From Deltaproteobacteria bacterium (GTDB lineage Bacteria; Desulfobacterota; Desulfobulbia; Desulfobulbales; SURF-16), in NCBI GenBank assembly GCA_016219175.1, contig JACRCD010000032.1, positions 1,963 to 65,962 on the forward strand: a DNA stretch of 64,000 nucleotides. The letters run 5' to 3'. This document shows, piece after piece, positions 28,987 through 38,120 of this stretch. Every line of letters begins with the position of its first letter. Position 1 is the first letter of the stretch. The translations under genes were made by a program, and so were the position numbers. The notes beneath the pieces were generated by a model that worked only from the letters and a program-made list of their open reading frames with translations, had not been told where the DNA came from and made no database searches.

Positions 28987-31269
28987 CTATTTTTTCGGAT
29001 CATACCCAACTTTTTTAGAAAATTCACTGGTGACCGCATCGACATCCTCCAGGCTGGCCACGACCCGCGGGGTGATGAGGATGATCAACTCGGATTTTGT
29101 GTCGTGGTCTCCTTTGTTGCTGAAGAGCCAGCCGAGTCCGGGGATATCCGACAGGAACGGCACGCCGGAGGAGGTATTAGAGATATTTTCCCGGATAAGC
29201 CCGCCGATGACGATGGTCTGTCCGTCGTCAACCGTCAGGCTGGTGTTGACCGAGCGTTTGAAAAAAGAGGGGAATTTTTTGCCCCCCACGTCAACAGCAT
29301 CGGCCACCTCGCTGACCTCCTGGTTGATATCCATGCTGACCAGGCCGTATTCATTGATATGCGGGGTCACGCCGAGCAGCACGCCGGTGTTGCGGTACTG
29401 AATATCGGTCTGGGTCTTATCCGATACGGTATTGTCATATTGAATCTGGGAGCTGGCCACTGGTATTTCCGTGGCGATGGCGATCTGGGCCTTTTTGTTG
29501 TCCGAGGCGAGTACCGAGGGTGAGGAAAGAATATTGATCTTTTTCTTTGACGCCAGGGCGTTGAGCGTAGCCTTCCACTTATCAGCCTGGCCGATAATGT
29601 AAGACAAACCGGTGGAGCCCGTGGCCGCTTCCCAGGACGAGGGGTTATCTTCCTGGGCGTTGTTGACCTTTTGCCATTCCCATTCTACCCCGAGATCGAG
29701 GTCGTCACCAAGCTGCACCTCCACAATGCTCAGCGAGATGAGAACCTGCCGGGGCAGGATATCGAGGCGCTCCAGCACCTTCTCGATGATCCGGTAATCG
29801 CTGGGCGTCGCCTCGATGATCAGGGCGTTGCGGATCTCATCCTGATTGATTTTGATTTCGCCCCGCAGGGTTCCCGTGCCGAAATCAGGGGTCACTATTT
29901 TGGTAGCGGCAACCGGGGCCGGCGGCTCGGTTTTCTGGGCAAAGGGGTTGGGCCCCGCTTTCACAGTGCTGTCTTTGTCCTTGCCCCCCCCTTCTCTCTG
30001 TTCATTCAATGTTGACAGTTCTTCCTGTTTTGCCGTGGTGAAAATGGAAGTCAGCAGGCCGTACATGTCTTTGGCCTGGCTGTTTTTCAGGAAGTAGATG
30101 TAGATGTGCGGTTCCGCTTCCTGGCTTGGTTTGTCAAGATCGGCGATCACCTCCTCGGTTTTGGCGAAAAGGCGCTCGCTGGGGGTGATGACCAGCAGGC
30201 TGTTGATTTTATCCAGGCTGAATACCTGAAATTCTTCCAGGGCATTCTTGTTGTAAAGTTCGATCAGTTTGGAGAGCGGGCCGATTATGTCCTTGCTTTC
30301 CATGTATTGCAGCTGGAAAAAATGGTGCTTGATGTTGGCGAAGAGGTCGACGTCAAAGGTTTCGATAAGGCGCAAGGCTTTTTGCAGGTTGGCGCGCTGG
30401 TCCACGATGAGCAGGGTGCGCGAGGCGTCATGGGAGATGATGCTGCCTTCCGCGGAAATAAACGGGGTGATCAGCTTGATCATTTCCGTGGTGCTGATAT
30501 ATTTCAAGGGGACAATCTGGATCTGCACGCCGCGCTCGGCCACCGGGATTGACTGGATTGAATCCTTGCGGATATTGGACAGGGCGCGGGGGGCGTCCTT
30601 GAGTGCCACGATTTTGTAGAGATTACCTTCCTGCACCGCGGTCAGGCCGTTTGCCTCAAGGATCTGGTAAAAGAGGGGAAAGAGGTCGGCTTTATTTAAG
30701 GCGCCGCTTGTCTGGATCGTCACATGGCCTTTCAGGTCCGCGACCACCATGTAGTTTAAATTGAGCAGCCCGGCGAAGGCCATGATGACCTCGGAGAGCT
30801 CGGCATGTTCAAAATTCAGCACAAGCCCGCCGTCGTTTTGCTGGATGCCCTTGGGGGCAGCTGCCGGATCAAGCGAGGGGTTGGGATTGATTTCCTTGGG
30901 CTCTGGAGCCTTTGCCTCCTTCTTGGCCGGCTCGGGAGAAATTTTTGGCTGTTCCGGGGCAGGTTGGGCCTTGACCGGCGGGGCGGGTTTTGCCTCCGTC
31001 CCCGCGGGGGCCTGATCCGCGGCCGGAGGCTGTGGTTCAGGGGTAGAGGGCGATGGCTGTCTGTCAATTTCCTGTGCCGTTATGTCCGCCTTTGTTTTGT
31101 CCTGCGGCAGCTTTTTTGTCTGCTCGGCCTTGGTCGGCGTCGGGTCCGTTGCCTCGAAAGGATTCCCCTGTTGGGGAGATGAATGGGTGGCGGTGCAGCC
31201 GGTAAAAAAGAAAAAAACAAGGGCCGCCAGCAGGGGGGGGAAACGGTGCAGCAGAGGTTTTGTATTCAT
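28987..31269 (-). CDS. gspD: Type II secretion secretin with lipoprotein-type signal and a Pro/Ala/Lys-rich linker
   Basis: Secretin C-domain (VLLGVTPHINEYGLVSMDINQEVSEV...SGVPFLSDIPGLGWLFS) with N0/N1-type repeats. The N-terminus is LVFFFFTGC followed by about 110 aa of PEPQPPAADQAPAG... low complexity. Confidence 0.85.
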   Translation of the reverse strand: MNTKPLLHRFPPLLAALVFFFFTGCTATHSSPQQGNPFEATDPTPTKAEQTKKLPQDKTKADITAQEIDRQPSPSTPEPQPPAADQAPAGTEAKPAPPVKAQPAPEQPKISPEPAKKEAKAPEPKEINPNPSLDPAAAPKGIQQNDGGLVLNFEHAELSEVIMAFAGLLNLNYMVVADLKGHVTIQTSGALNKADLFPLFYQILEANGLTAVQEGNLYKIVALKDAPRALSNIRKDSIQSIPVAERGVQIQIVPLKYISTTEMIKLITPFISAEGSIISHDASRTLLIVDQRANLQKALRLIETFDVDLFANIKHHFFQLQYMESKDIIGPLSKLIELYNKNALEEFQVFSLDKINSLLVITPSERLFAKTEEVIADLDKPSQEAEPHIYIYFLKNSQAKDMYGLLTSIFTTAKQEELSTLNEQREGGGKDKDSTVKAGPNPFAQKTEPPAPVAATKIVTPDFGTGTLRGEIKINQDEIRNALIIEATPSDYRIIEKVLERLDILPRQVLISLSIVEVQLGDDLDLGVEWEWQKVNNAQEDNPSSWEAATGSTGLSYIIGQADKWKATLNALASKKKINILSSPSVLASDNKKAQIAIATEIPVASSQIQYDNTVSDKTQTDIQYRNTGVLLGVTPHINEYGLVSMDINQEVSEVADAVDVGGKKFPSFFKRSVNTSLTVDDGQTIVIGGLIRENISNTSSGVPFLSDIPGLGWLFSNKGDHDTKSELIILITPRVVASLEDVDAVTSEFSKKVGYDPKK

Positions 31270-31280
31270 GATATCGTGTT

Positions 31281-32021
31281 TTATTTCGTTGTTTTAAGTT
31301 GTTTCACAGGGCCGAAGGGGGTCTCGACGATGGTGTAATCGCCCTCTTCGGCTTTTTTCTCTTGTTTACCCGCGGCCTTGGAACTTGGAGAGGTCGAGTA
31401 GACCGTGGGTTTGGTTTCCTTTTTATCCGCGGGGACGGTATGGCCTTTAGGCCCTTCCTCTTCCTTTTCCTGTGCCGCTTTTTTCGCCTTGGCTTCGTCG
31501 CGCAGTAAAATGACAAATTTTTGATTCTTGTCCTTGTCGTGCAGAATCACTTTGTCTTTCTGGATGTCGTCCACTTCCATATTGGCCAGTTTATCGCCGA
31601 TCTTCACCCATCTGTTCTGCCGTTTGTCTTCCTCGCTTTTGAGCGGGTTGTTGATCAGGGCGGATTTGAAATCGTCAAGATAGAGAATGCCGTAAAGGGT
31701 GATCTCCTGGTCACCAATCTTGACATTCTGCACCTCCGGTTCGGGCTCGTGAGCTTTCATTTCAGGCTCTGCTTCCTTGGCCTGGGGAATGAATTCCTTC
31801 CGTTCCTCGGAGAGTATGTTCTGCTTGACCACCAGTTCATAGGTTGCCTTGGGTCCCGGCGTTTTACGGCTGAATTGCTTGACCTGCTGCTGCGGGGAAC
31901 CCTTTGCCGCGGGTGGCGGGGAGATATCCTCCGAATCGCTTACCGTCCACACACTATAAGTCTTGACGATGAGGAACAGGGCAGTGATAACCAGAACAAT
32001 CTGCATGGTGAATCTGCTCAT
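31281..32021 (-). CDS. GspC/PilP-like inner-membrane secretin-coupling protein with a Lys/Glu-rich tail
   Basis: N-terminal TM (IVLVITALFLIV). Core segment KIGDKLANMEVDDIQKDKVILHDKDKNQKFVILL resembles the HR/PilP beta-domain. Position is between the M-like gene and the secretin. Confidence 0.45.
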   Translation of the reverse strand: MSRFTMQIVLVITALFLIVKTYSVWTVSDSEDISPPPAAKGSPQQQVKQFSRKTPGPKATYELVVKQNILSEERKEFIPQAKEAEPEMKAHEPEPEVQNVKIGDQEITLYGILYLDDFKSALINNPLKSEEDKRQNRWVKIGDKLANMEVDDIQKDKVILHDKDKNQKFVILLRDEAKAKKAAQEKEEEGPKGHTVPADKKETKPTVYSTSPSSKAAGKQEKKAEEGDYTIVETPFGPVKQLKTTK

Positions 32022-32605
32022 TTATTCCCCTCCTGCCGCGCCCCGGTATTGTGCATCATGCCCGCCACCGTGAGATCGGCCTGCAGGGCGCCTTCCGTCT
32101 TGTTTTTGATTTTCACGGTGGCATCGGTAACCTGCAGAAAAACAGGAGCGGCGGCTATGTTGTAAAGCATCTCTTGCAGTTGCCGCATCGAGAGCGTCAT
32201 GGAGATCTGCACCGGAATTTCCAGGTAGGGCAAATCTTCATTCTCTTTCGGGGTGGCAGGGGTGAGCACACGCTGCGAAGAGATTACCGCGCCTGCTTTG
32301 ACGGCAATGTCAGTCAGTCTGTTCTGCAGGTCAACCGCGGCAAGGGGAGGAGTTTTTCCGTTCAACAGGCCGTTTTCCGCCTGGGCGACCTCCTTGCTGA
32401 GTCGGATAAGCTGTTTCTGCAGATTTTCTTTGTTTTCAACCCTTTCCTGCAGTTTGGCTATTTTTTTCTCTTTGAGGGAAATATCCCCACTACCGTCCGA
32501 TAAACCGGGAAGCGCGGTAAAATAGCGGATTATTACACCGATGAAAAGAATAACCGCCACGGCTATCAGAATATACTGCCGCTTTTTTTTGCTGTCTATT
32601 GTCAT
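32018..32605 (-). CDS. GspM/PilO-like bitopic assembly-platform protein
   Basis: 195 aa with a single TM (ILIAVAVILFIGVII), a coiled coil and an alpha/beta C-domain. Overlaps both neighbours. Confidence 0.5.
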   Translation of the reverse strand: MTIDSKKKRQYILIAVAVILFIGVIIRYFTALPGLSDGSGDISLKEKKIAKLQERVENKENLQKQLIRLSKEVAQAENGLLNGKTPPLAAVDLQNRLTDIAVKAGAVISSQRVLTPATPKENEDLPYLEIPVQISMTLSMRQLQEMLYNIAAAPVFLQVTDATVKIKNKTEGALQADLTVAGMMHNTGARQEGNK

Positions 32606-33990
32606 TGTCCAACCGTTTTAATGGAGAACTGTATCTTAAAATTTTCCTTGCCGGTGTTGCTTTTGGAAATTGTCGATAAAAATGCCACGTCGTGGAATAT
32701 CTCCGAACCCTCAAGCAAGGGGATGAGCTCCGAGGCTGAATCGGCAAATCCGCCTATTTCCACCGAGGTGTTTGCTAAATGAAAATTCTCCACCCAGGCT
32801 GTTTCCGGTATTGTCCTGGCCAGTTCCAGGAGAATATCAAGGGTGTATGGCCGGACATGCTGGAAATTGTTTACGGAGTCAATTTTCTTTTCCGATTCAG
32901 TAACATTTTTTTCGATCTCATCCAGATCGGCAACCATGGCGGACATCCTGGCGATTTCTCCGTCGAGCCGCTCCCCGGTCATTCTTCTGTGCATCATCAG
33001 ACTGCCGGTCCAGGTGATCAGCAGCAATATGTTGAGGATGATCAGGGCGGAAAGGATATAGGCGCTTTTTCTGTCCGGGCGTTTTCGCAAAGAGGGGGGC
33101 ATGAGGTTGATCTGTCCGGGTAGCCGGCGCAGACCTCTTACCGCCAGACCGTATGCCGCAAGAAAGGTGACGGACGGCACGGAACCATCAAGTTTCAAAT
33201 GCTGGATATCGCCTACCTGGTCATTTTCTTTTTTTGGCGGCAGGGTAACTGTATCGGAGCCGGCCAGAACCTGCAGACGCCTGCCAACGAGCAGGTTGTA
33301 ATTCTGGCACAATTTTATTTCGGGAGAGAGAAGCTCGGAGAGGGGAGCGTCAATCCGCCCCGGGATTGTCCGAGTCGATAAAAGTTTGTTGCGGTTGATC
33401 AGGCAGAGCATGCTGTTTTCGCCCCGCGGGTGAAAATAGGCGCAGGGCGTGTCCGCGGCAAGGTGCGCCAGACAGGAAAGGGCATTGGTCAGGGCTGTCG
33501 GGGTAATTTCAATGCCCGAAACCCCGGATTTCAGTTCCTTGCCCATCTGCAGATAGGGATCAAGGTCCTCCTTTTTTATGACAATGAGCAGGATGGTGAG
33601 CAGCTTACTGTTTTTATCTTCATCAACGATCTGACAATCGTAATAGAGCTGGTTTTCAGGGAAAGGCACATATTTTTCCATCTCAAAACGGATGGTTTCC
33701 CGGAAATTTTCCTTTACCGTCAAGGGGAAGGAAATGGTGCGGACAATGGTGCGTCCAGCCGGGATGGAGATATATATCTCAGGCGAGGCAATATTGTTTT
33801 CGTCTATAAAGGCATTGACGAAGTCTGCGATTTGCTTAAGTTTTTCCTGGGACGGTTTTTCTTCTCCCTCTGCCAGGGCAAGCTCGCCGTGCCGGATGAG
33901 CTTGCAGCTCCTGATTCTTGTCTGGGTCCAGACAAGCGCCAGCCTGCTGTCGCTGATATCGATGCCGATGCTGTTTCTGTCTAATAACAT
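32602..33990 (-). CDS. GspL-equivalent: PilM-like actin-fold domain fused to a PilN-like domain
   Basis: N-terminal IGIDISDSRLALV (PilM/FtsA-like), an internal INLMPP motif (the PilN INLLP type), a TM (AYILSALIILNILLLITW) and a periplasmic PilN/GspL-like domain. Confidence 0.6.
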   Translation of the reverse strand: MLLDRNSIGIDISDSRLALVWTQTRIRSCKLIRHGELALAEGEEKPSQEKLKQIADFVNAFIDENNIASPEIYISIPAGRTIVRTISFPLTVKENFRETIRFEMEKYVPFPENQLYYDCQIVDEDKNSKLLTILLIVIKKEDLDPYLQMGKELKSGVSGIEITPTALTNALSCLAHLAADTPCAYFHPRGENSMLCLINRNKLLSTRTIPGRIDAPLSELLSPEIKLCQNYNLLVGRRLQVLAGSDTVTLPPKKENDQVGDIQHLKLDGSVPSVTFLAAYGLAVRGLRRLPGQINLMPPSLRKRPDRKSAYILSALIILNILLLITWTGSLMMHRRMTGERLDGEIARMSAMVADLDEIEKNVTESEKKIDSVNNFQHVRPYTLDILLELARTIPETAWVENFHLANTSVEIGGFADSASELIPLLEGSEIFHDVAFLSTISKSNTGKENFKIQFSIKTVGQ

Positions 33991-34100
33991 TGGGAAATAC
34001 TCGTTTCTCTAATACTGCTCAGGTGTATGGCTGATTAAAAATTCCGCAAAACACACCCCGCGGCCGGGGAAAAATTTCCAGCGGGTTTGTCAGCACACAT

Positions 34101-35156
34101 TTACTGGGTTTGCGTGACATAATCAAGCCATTGAATGAAATGGTACCCTTCTTTTTTTTTGTCAAACCGCACTAAGGCCTCAATTGCCGGCCGGACTTCA
34201 AAACCGTCAGCCGCTCCTGCCGCCTGGATTTTATAGTAGGAGGAATAATCGTAGGTGATATAGGGAAAGATACCATTGAATATTTCCGGGCCGGTAATTT
34301 TTACCAGTTCAGCGTGGGAGCGGATATCTTTTTTTTCGCGGAAGGTCATGATGGCCTGCAGGCATTCGCCGGTCATCTTCGGCAGGGAGAACAATACCTG
34401 GGGCGGCGCCGCATTGACATTGATTTTCTGTTTTTCCTTTTCTGCTTTCTGATTGGATTCCCAGGTTGAAAGATTTTTTCCCCCGCTTTTGTCCTTTTCC
34501 TCGGGATCGCTGTAAATGGAAACCATGTTTTTGAGTCCCCTGTCAAAAAGTTCCCTGGTCACTCCCCGGACCAGGAGCAGTTCGTTGACGGTGCGAAAAG
34601 GGCTGTTGCTGCATTGGTATGGCTCGGGAAGCGACATGTAGTAGTCGTTTTCCGCGCCGTTCGCCCGGTGCAGACTGTCCTTGTCCCGCCAGTCGGCAAT
34701 GGAATCGACAATGATGCCGCGCTGTTCAACGGGCAGTTCGAATTTGTCGAGCATCATATAGAGAAGGGCGGTATCCGCCGTGTTGATGTTGAATTTCCCG
34801 CTTTCATTGTCAATGCGCACCTTGAACCAGCCGCCGGGGAGCGGGACAGCGGGGATGTCGGCGTTTACCCGCCAGGGCCGGTTGAGCTCCTTTCCCGAGG
34901 AGGTTAGGTTGTCATCGGTTGCTGTCTCTTTTTCAGGTTCCACAGGCCTGGGATTGTTAATCTGCTCGATAATTTTCAGAATTGCCTGGTTCATGCCGCC
35001 CCTTGCCAGGTAATAGCCTGTTGTTTCGTCCCGGAAATTTCTGGTGATATTTGTTTCCGTGCGCGTCGTGTAACAGAATTGGCCAACGATAACAGTGAGC
35101 AGGGTTAAAACCCAGAGCACCAGGATCAGCGCTATGCCTTTTTCGTTTCGTATCAT
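34101..35156 (-). CDS. gspK: Type II secretion minor pseudopilin GspK
   Basis: Start MIRNEKGIALILVLWVLTLLTVIV (a GspK-type N-terminus lacking Glu5) and helix-hairpin-helix-like INVNAAPPQVL. ATGA overlap with the J-like gene. Confidence 0.75.
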   Translation of the reverse strand: MIRNEKGIALILVLWVLTLLTVIVGQFCYTTRTETNITRNFRDETTGYYLARGGMNQAILKIIEQINNPRPVEPEKETATDDNLTSSGKELNRPWRVNADIPAVPLPGGWFKVRIDNESGKFNINTADTALLYMMLDKFELPVEQRGIIVDSIADWRDKDSLHRANGAENDYYMSLPEPYQCSNSPFRTVNELLLVRGVTRELFDRGLKNMVSIYSDPEEKDKSGGKNLSTWESNQKAEKEKQKINVNAAPPQVLFSLPKMTGECLQAIMTFREKKDIRSHAELVKITGPEIFNGIFPYITYDYSSYYKIQAAGAADGFEVRPAIEALVRFDKKKEGYHFIQWLDYVTQTQ

Positions 35157-35830
35157 TTGCTTTTGGCCAGCTCCTGTAGTTGCCTTGCTAACAAAGGGAT
35201 AATGACCACAAGAGGCGGATCGGTTTCTTTTGTAATAAGGGTAATCCTGACGGCCCTGGGTAACGCATCCGGTAAATTTTTCGGCTGCCCGCCGTCCGGC
35301 TCCTCCTTGTTCCAGGAGGTCAGCCATTGCCGGCTTTGAGTTTCCACGGGAGGATCAGAAAGATAGGCGAAGCTGATTGACCGCTGTCCGGACAAAATTT
35401 TTTCGAAGGCCTCTTTCGGCAATTCAACCAGCTCCTCGGCCTTGAGGTTGAGAATGTTTTTTTCAAAAAAGGCCATTTCCTCCTGCCCTGGCCGGTCCGA
35501 CTCCTGCACGATATATTTAAGGTAAACAATTGCCGCACCATTTTCCGGCAATAAGGGAATGCGTGAAAAGAATTCAAGGGACTTCTCGTCCCCCTGGAAA
35601 TAGAAATCCCTGCCGTTTCTTTTCAGGACCTGCGGCAGGCAGATAGAGGCGATCTGTCTTCTGAGCAATTCCGGCACGATCCGCAATCGCTGGTTGATGG
35701 CAACCTTTCCCTCGACTTTTTCCCAGGCCCGGACCCCCGTTTGAAACACACCGAAACTCAAAGCAACGATAATCGCCAGGATAGTGAGTGCCAGGAGAAG
35801 CTCGAGCAGGGTGAATCCTTTATTCGACAT
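35153..35830 (-). CDS. gspJ: Minor pseudopilin, GspJ-like
   Basis: Prepilin N-terminus MSNKGFTLLELLLALTILAIIV. 225 aa, located between the I-like and K genes. Confidence 0.65.
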   Translation of the reverse strand: MSNKGFTLLELLLALTILAIIVALSFGVFQTGVRAWEKVEGKVAINQRLRIVPELLRRQIASICLPQVLKRNGRDFYFQGDEKSLEFFSRIPLLPENGAAIVYLKYIVQESDRPGQEEMAFFEKNILNLKAEELVELPKEAFEKILSGQRSISFAYLSDPPVETQSRQWLTSWNKEEPDGGQPKNLPDALPRAVRITLITKETDPPLVVIIPLLARQLQELAKSK

Positions 35831-36296
35831 GGTCTTCTTCTATCCTTCCGGCCAGATGGAGGGTTGACAGGGTATAATGTTTTTTCTCGCGCCCCTGCGG
35901 CCAGCTGATGTCCATGTCGATACGGAATAAAACAAGGTCTTTCTTCTCGGCTGGAGTAAAAAACCGGTTTTCATCTGTTTTCACCTCGGGTTCAGCAAGG
36001 GAGATTTCGGTCTTCCATTCATAGCCATTCGGCAGTTTGCCCTGGGCAACCCCTGCCCTCATGCGTTTTTCAAGGAGAATTTCCTCCATTTTTTCCCGGG
36101 CCAGATAAATGGCCTGCAGATAATCTCCGGACATCCTCTCGGCCCGCAACCCCCCGGAAAAGAGCTGCATGATGACCGTAAGGGAAAGGGCCAGGACCAT
36201 CATGGCCACCAGAACTTCCATCAGGGTAAATCCTTTGCGGTCTAGGGGGGTCACTGACAAGTAAAGGGATCTGTTTGTTTTTTCCGCGGAAACCAT
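35820..36296 (-). CDS. gspI: Minor pseudopilin, GspI-like
   Basis: Prepilin motif RKGFTLMEVLVAMMVLALSL. About 130 aa in mature form. Confidence 0.65.
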   Translation of the reverse strand: MVSAEKTNRSLYLSVTPLDRKGFTLMEVLVAMMVLALSLTVIMQLFSGGLRAERMSGDYLQAIYLAREKMEEILLEKRMRAGVAQGKLPNGYEWKTEISLAEPEVKTDENRFFTPAEKKDLVLFRIDMDISWPQGREKKHYTLSTLHLAGRIEEDHVE

Positions 36297-36299
36297 GAA

Positions 36300-36857
36300 T
36301 TACTGTATCTCGACTATGGCGGTGATAAAATCGACACTGACCCGATAAAAGCGGCCCTGTTTGCCGGTAAAAATGATTTTGCCGCCGGTGCAGTTGCCCG
36401 AGGGGAAGAAAACCATCTTCATCATGGCGCTGGTGTCGTTTTTTTCCTGGGCCTCATCAGGCTGGATCCGGACGTTTTCAGGCAATTGGTAGGAGCGCAC
36501 ATCCTTGCCTGCATCCGCCAGCCATGCATCCACACTCTTGATTCCCGCTTGCGGAAATGCTTCGGGCGGGCATGAGATGACCCTGCTGCCGGAAAAATCA
36601 AACAGGACCAGCTGGGCAGTCTGGGAGGAGACGGCCTGGTTGCGGGCATGACGCAGCATGGCGGCAACTTTATTGACCGCGCTTTTGGCCTGGATGGAGG
36701 TCAGAGAACCGCTGAAACGGGGCAGGGTCAGGCCGCTCATCAGGCCGACGAGCACCAGGACAATAAGCAGTTCGAGAAGGGTAAACCCTTGCCGGAACAA
36801 TGTCCTGTCCGGGCAAGCAGATTTCCGATGAAGCGGGTGCGAAGCCTTTTTTTTCAC
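36300..36857 (-). CDS. gspH: Minor pseudopilin, GspH-like
   Basis: Prepilin motif RQGFTLLELLIVLVLVGLMSG. 185 aa. Confidence 0.6.
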   Translation of the reverse strand: MKKKASHPLHRKSACPDRTLFRQGFTLLELLIVLVLVGLMSGLTLPRFSGSLTSIQAKSAVNKVAAMLRHARNQAVSSQTAQLVLFDFSGSRVISCPPEAFPQAGIKSVDAWLADAGKDVRSYQLPENVRIQPDEAQEKNDTSAMMKMVFFPSGNCTGGKIIFTGKQGRFYRVSVDFITAIVEIQ

Positions 36858-36875
36858 GGTTTGCCGGGGTGCTCG

Positions 36876-38117
36876 CTAAAAAGGCAGATCATTCATGCTG
36901 AAAATCGCCATGAGCATGCTGATAACGATAAAGCCGATCACCACACCCATGACCAGAATCATGACGGGTTCAAGCATGCCGATGTATCTTTTGATCAGGT
37001 CCCGCACGATTTTTTCATAATTCTCGGCAACCCGGAGCAGCATCTCGTCCAGGCGTCCCGTCTCCTCCCCCACGGTTATCATCTGGATGGCCAGCGATGG
37101 GAAGATGCCGATTGCCGCCAAGGGTCCGGCCAGCTTTTCACCTTCCTTGATGCGGCTGTGCACTTGGTCAAGGGAGGAGGCGATAACCCGGTTGGAGATG
37201 ATCTCCTTGACCAGTTCCAACGATTTCAGGATGGGCACCCCGCTGTGGATCAAGGTGCCGAGCGTTCTGCTGAAACGGGCGATTTCTATTTTTTTTATCA
37301 GGTCATGCATGATCGGGATTTTGAGCTTCAGGGTGTCCAGCCGCAAGCGGCCCGTCTCCGTGCGGGCATAATGGTGAAAGCCCATGAAGCAGCCGGCAAG
37401 GACGATGCCGATCAGCCACCACCAGGTTTTCAAGATTTCGCTGAAGGAGAGCAGAAGTTGGGTGGCCAGGGGGATTGAACGGCCCATGGTGTCAAAGATC
37501 ATGGAAAATCTCGGAATAACAAAAGTCAGCAGCAGAAAGATGGAAATGCCCCCGACCCCGACCAGAAAGGCGGGATAGAGCATGGCCGACTTGATATATT
37601 CTTTGAGTTCCTGGACTGTTTCGAGAAAGGTGGCCAGCCTGCTCAGGACGTCTTCGAGTATGCCGCCTGCTTCCCCGGCCCGGACCATATTAATGTAAAA
37701 TACGGAAAATATCCGCGGGTGCTGGATCAGGGCATCGGAGAGATAATGGCCCTTCTGCACCGAATGGAGGATATCGCGGATAATCCGGCGGAATGGTGCG
37801 CTGCCGCTTGTTTCAATGAGAATTTCCAGGGCCCTGTCCAGCGGCAGACCGGCGGCCAGCAGTGACGACAGGTCCTGGGTGAAAACCATGGTTTCCTTGC
37901 CGCTCTGGAAGGTCAAGCGCTCAGGCAGTTTAAAAGAGAATGCGGACGCGCTTTTATTTTCTTTCAGGACCTGTTTTTTCTCCGTGCGCTGGATCCTGAT
38001 GGGGATGTAGCCGAGCTTGTCAAGTTCGGCCACCACACCATGGTCATCGGCGGCTTCCAGCCCGCCCTTGATGATTCGTCCGCCGGCATCGGTGGCTTTA
38101 TAAGCAAAATAAGGCAT
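36876..38117 (-). CDS. gspF: Type II secretion inner-membrane platform protein GspF
   Basis: 413 aa with duplicated T2SS_F domains and three TM segments. The C-terminus is VMGVVIGFIVISMLMAIFSMNDL. Confidence 0.9.
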   Translation of the reverse strand: MPYFAYKATDAGGRIIKGGLEAADDHGVVAELDKLGYIPIRIQRTEKKQVLKENKSASAFSFKLPERLTFQSGKETMVFTQDLSSLLAAGLPLDRALEILIETSGSAPFRRIIRDILHSVQKGHYLSDALIQHPRIFSVFYINMVRAGEAGGILEDVLSRLATFLETVQELKEYIKSAMLYPAFLVGVGGISIFLLLTFVIPRFSMIFDTMGRSIPLATQLLLSFSEILKTWWWLIGIVLAGCFMGFHHYARTETGRLRLDTLKLKIPIMHDLIKKIEIARFSRTLGTLIHSGVPILKSLELVKEIISNRVIASSLDQVHSRIKEGEKLAGPLAAIGIFPSLAIQMITVGEETGRLDEMLLRVAENYEKIVRDLIKRYIGMLEPVMILVMGVVIGFIVISMLMAIFSMNDLPF

Positions 38118-38120
38118 ATA

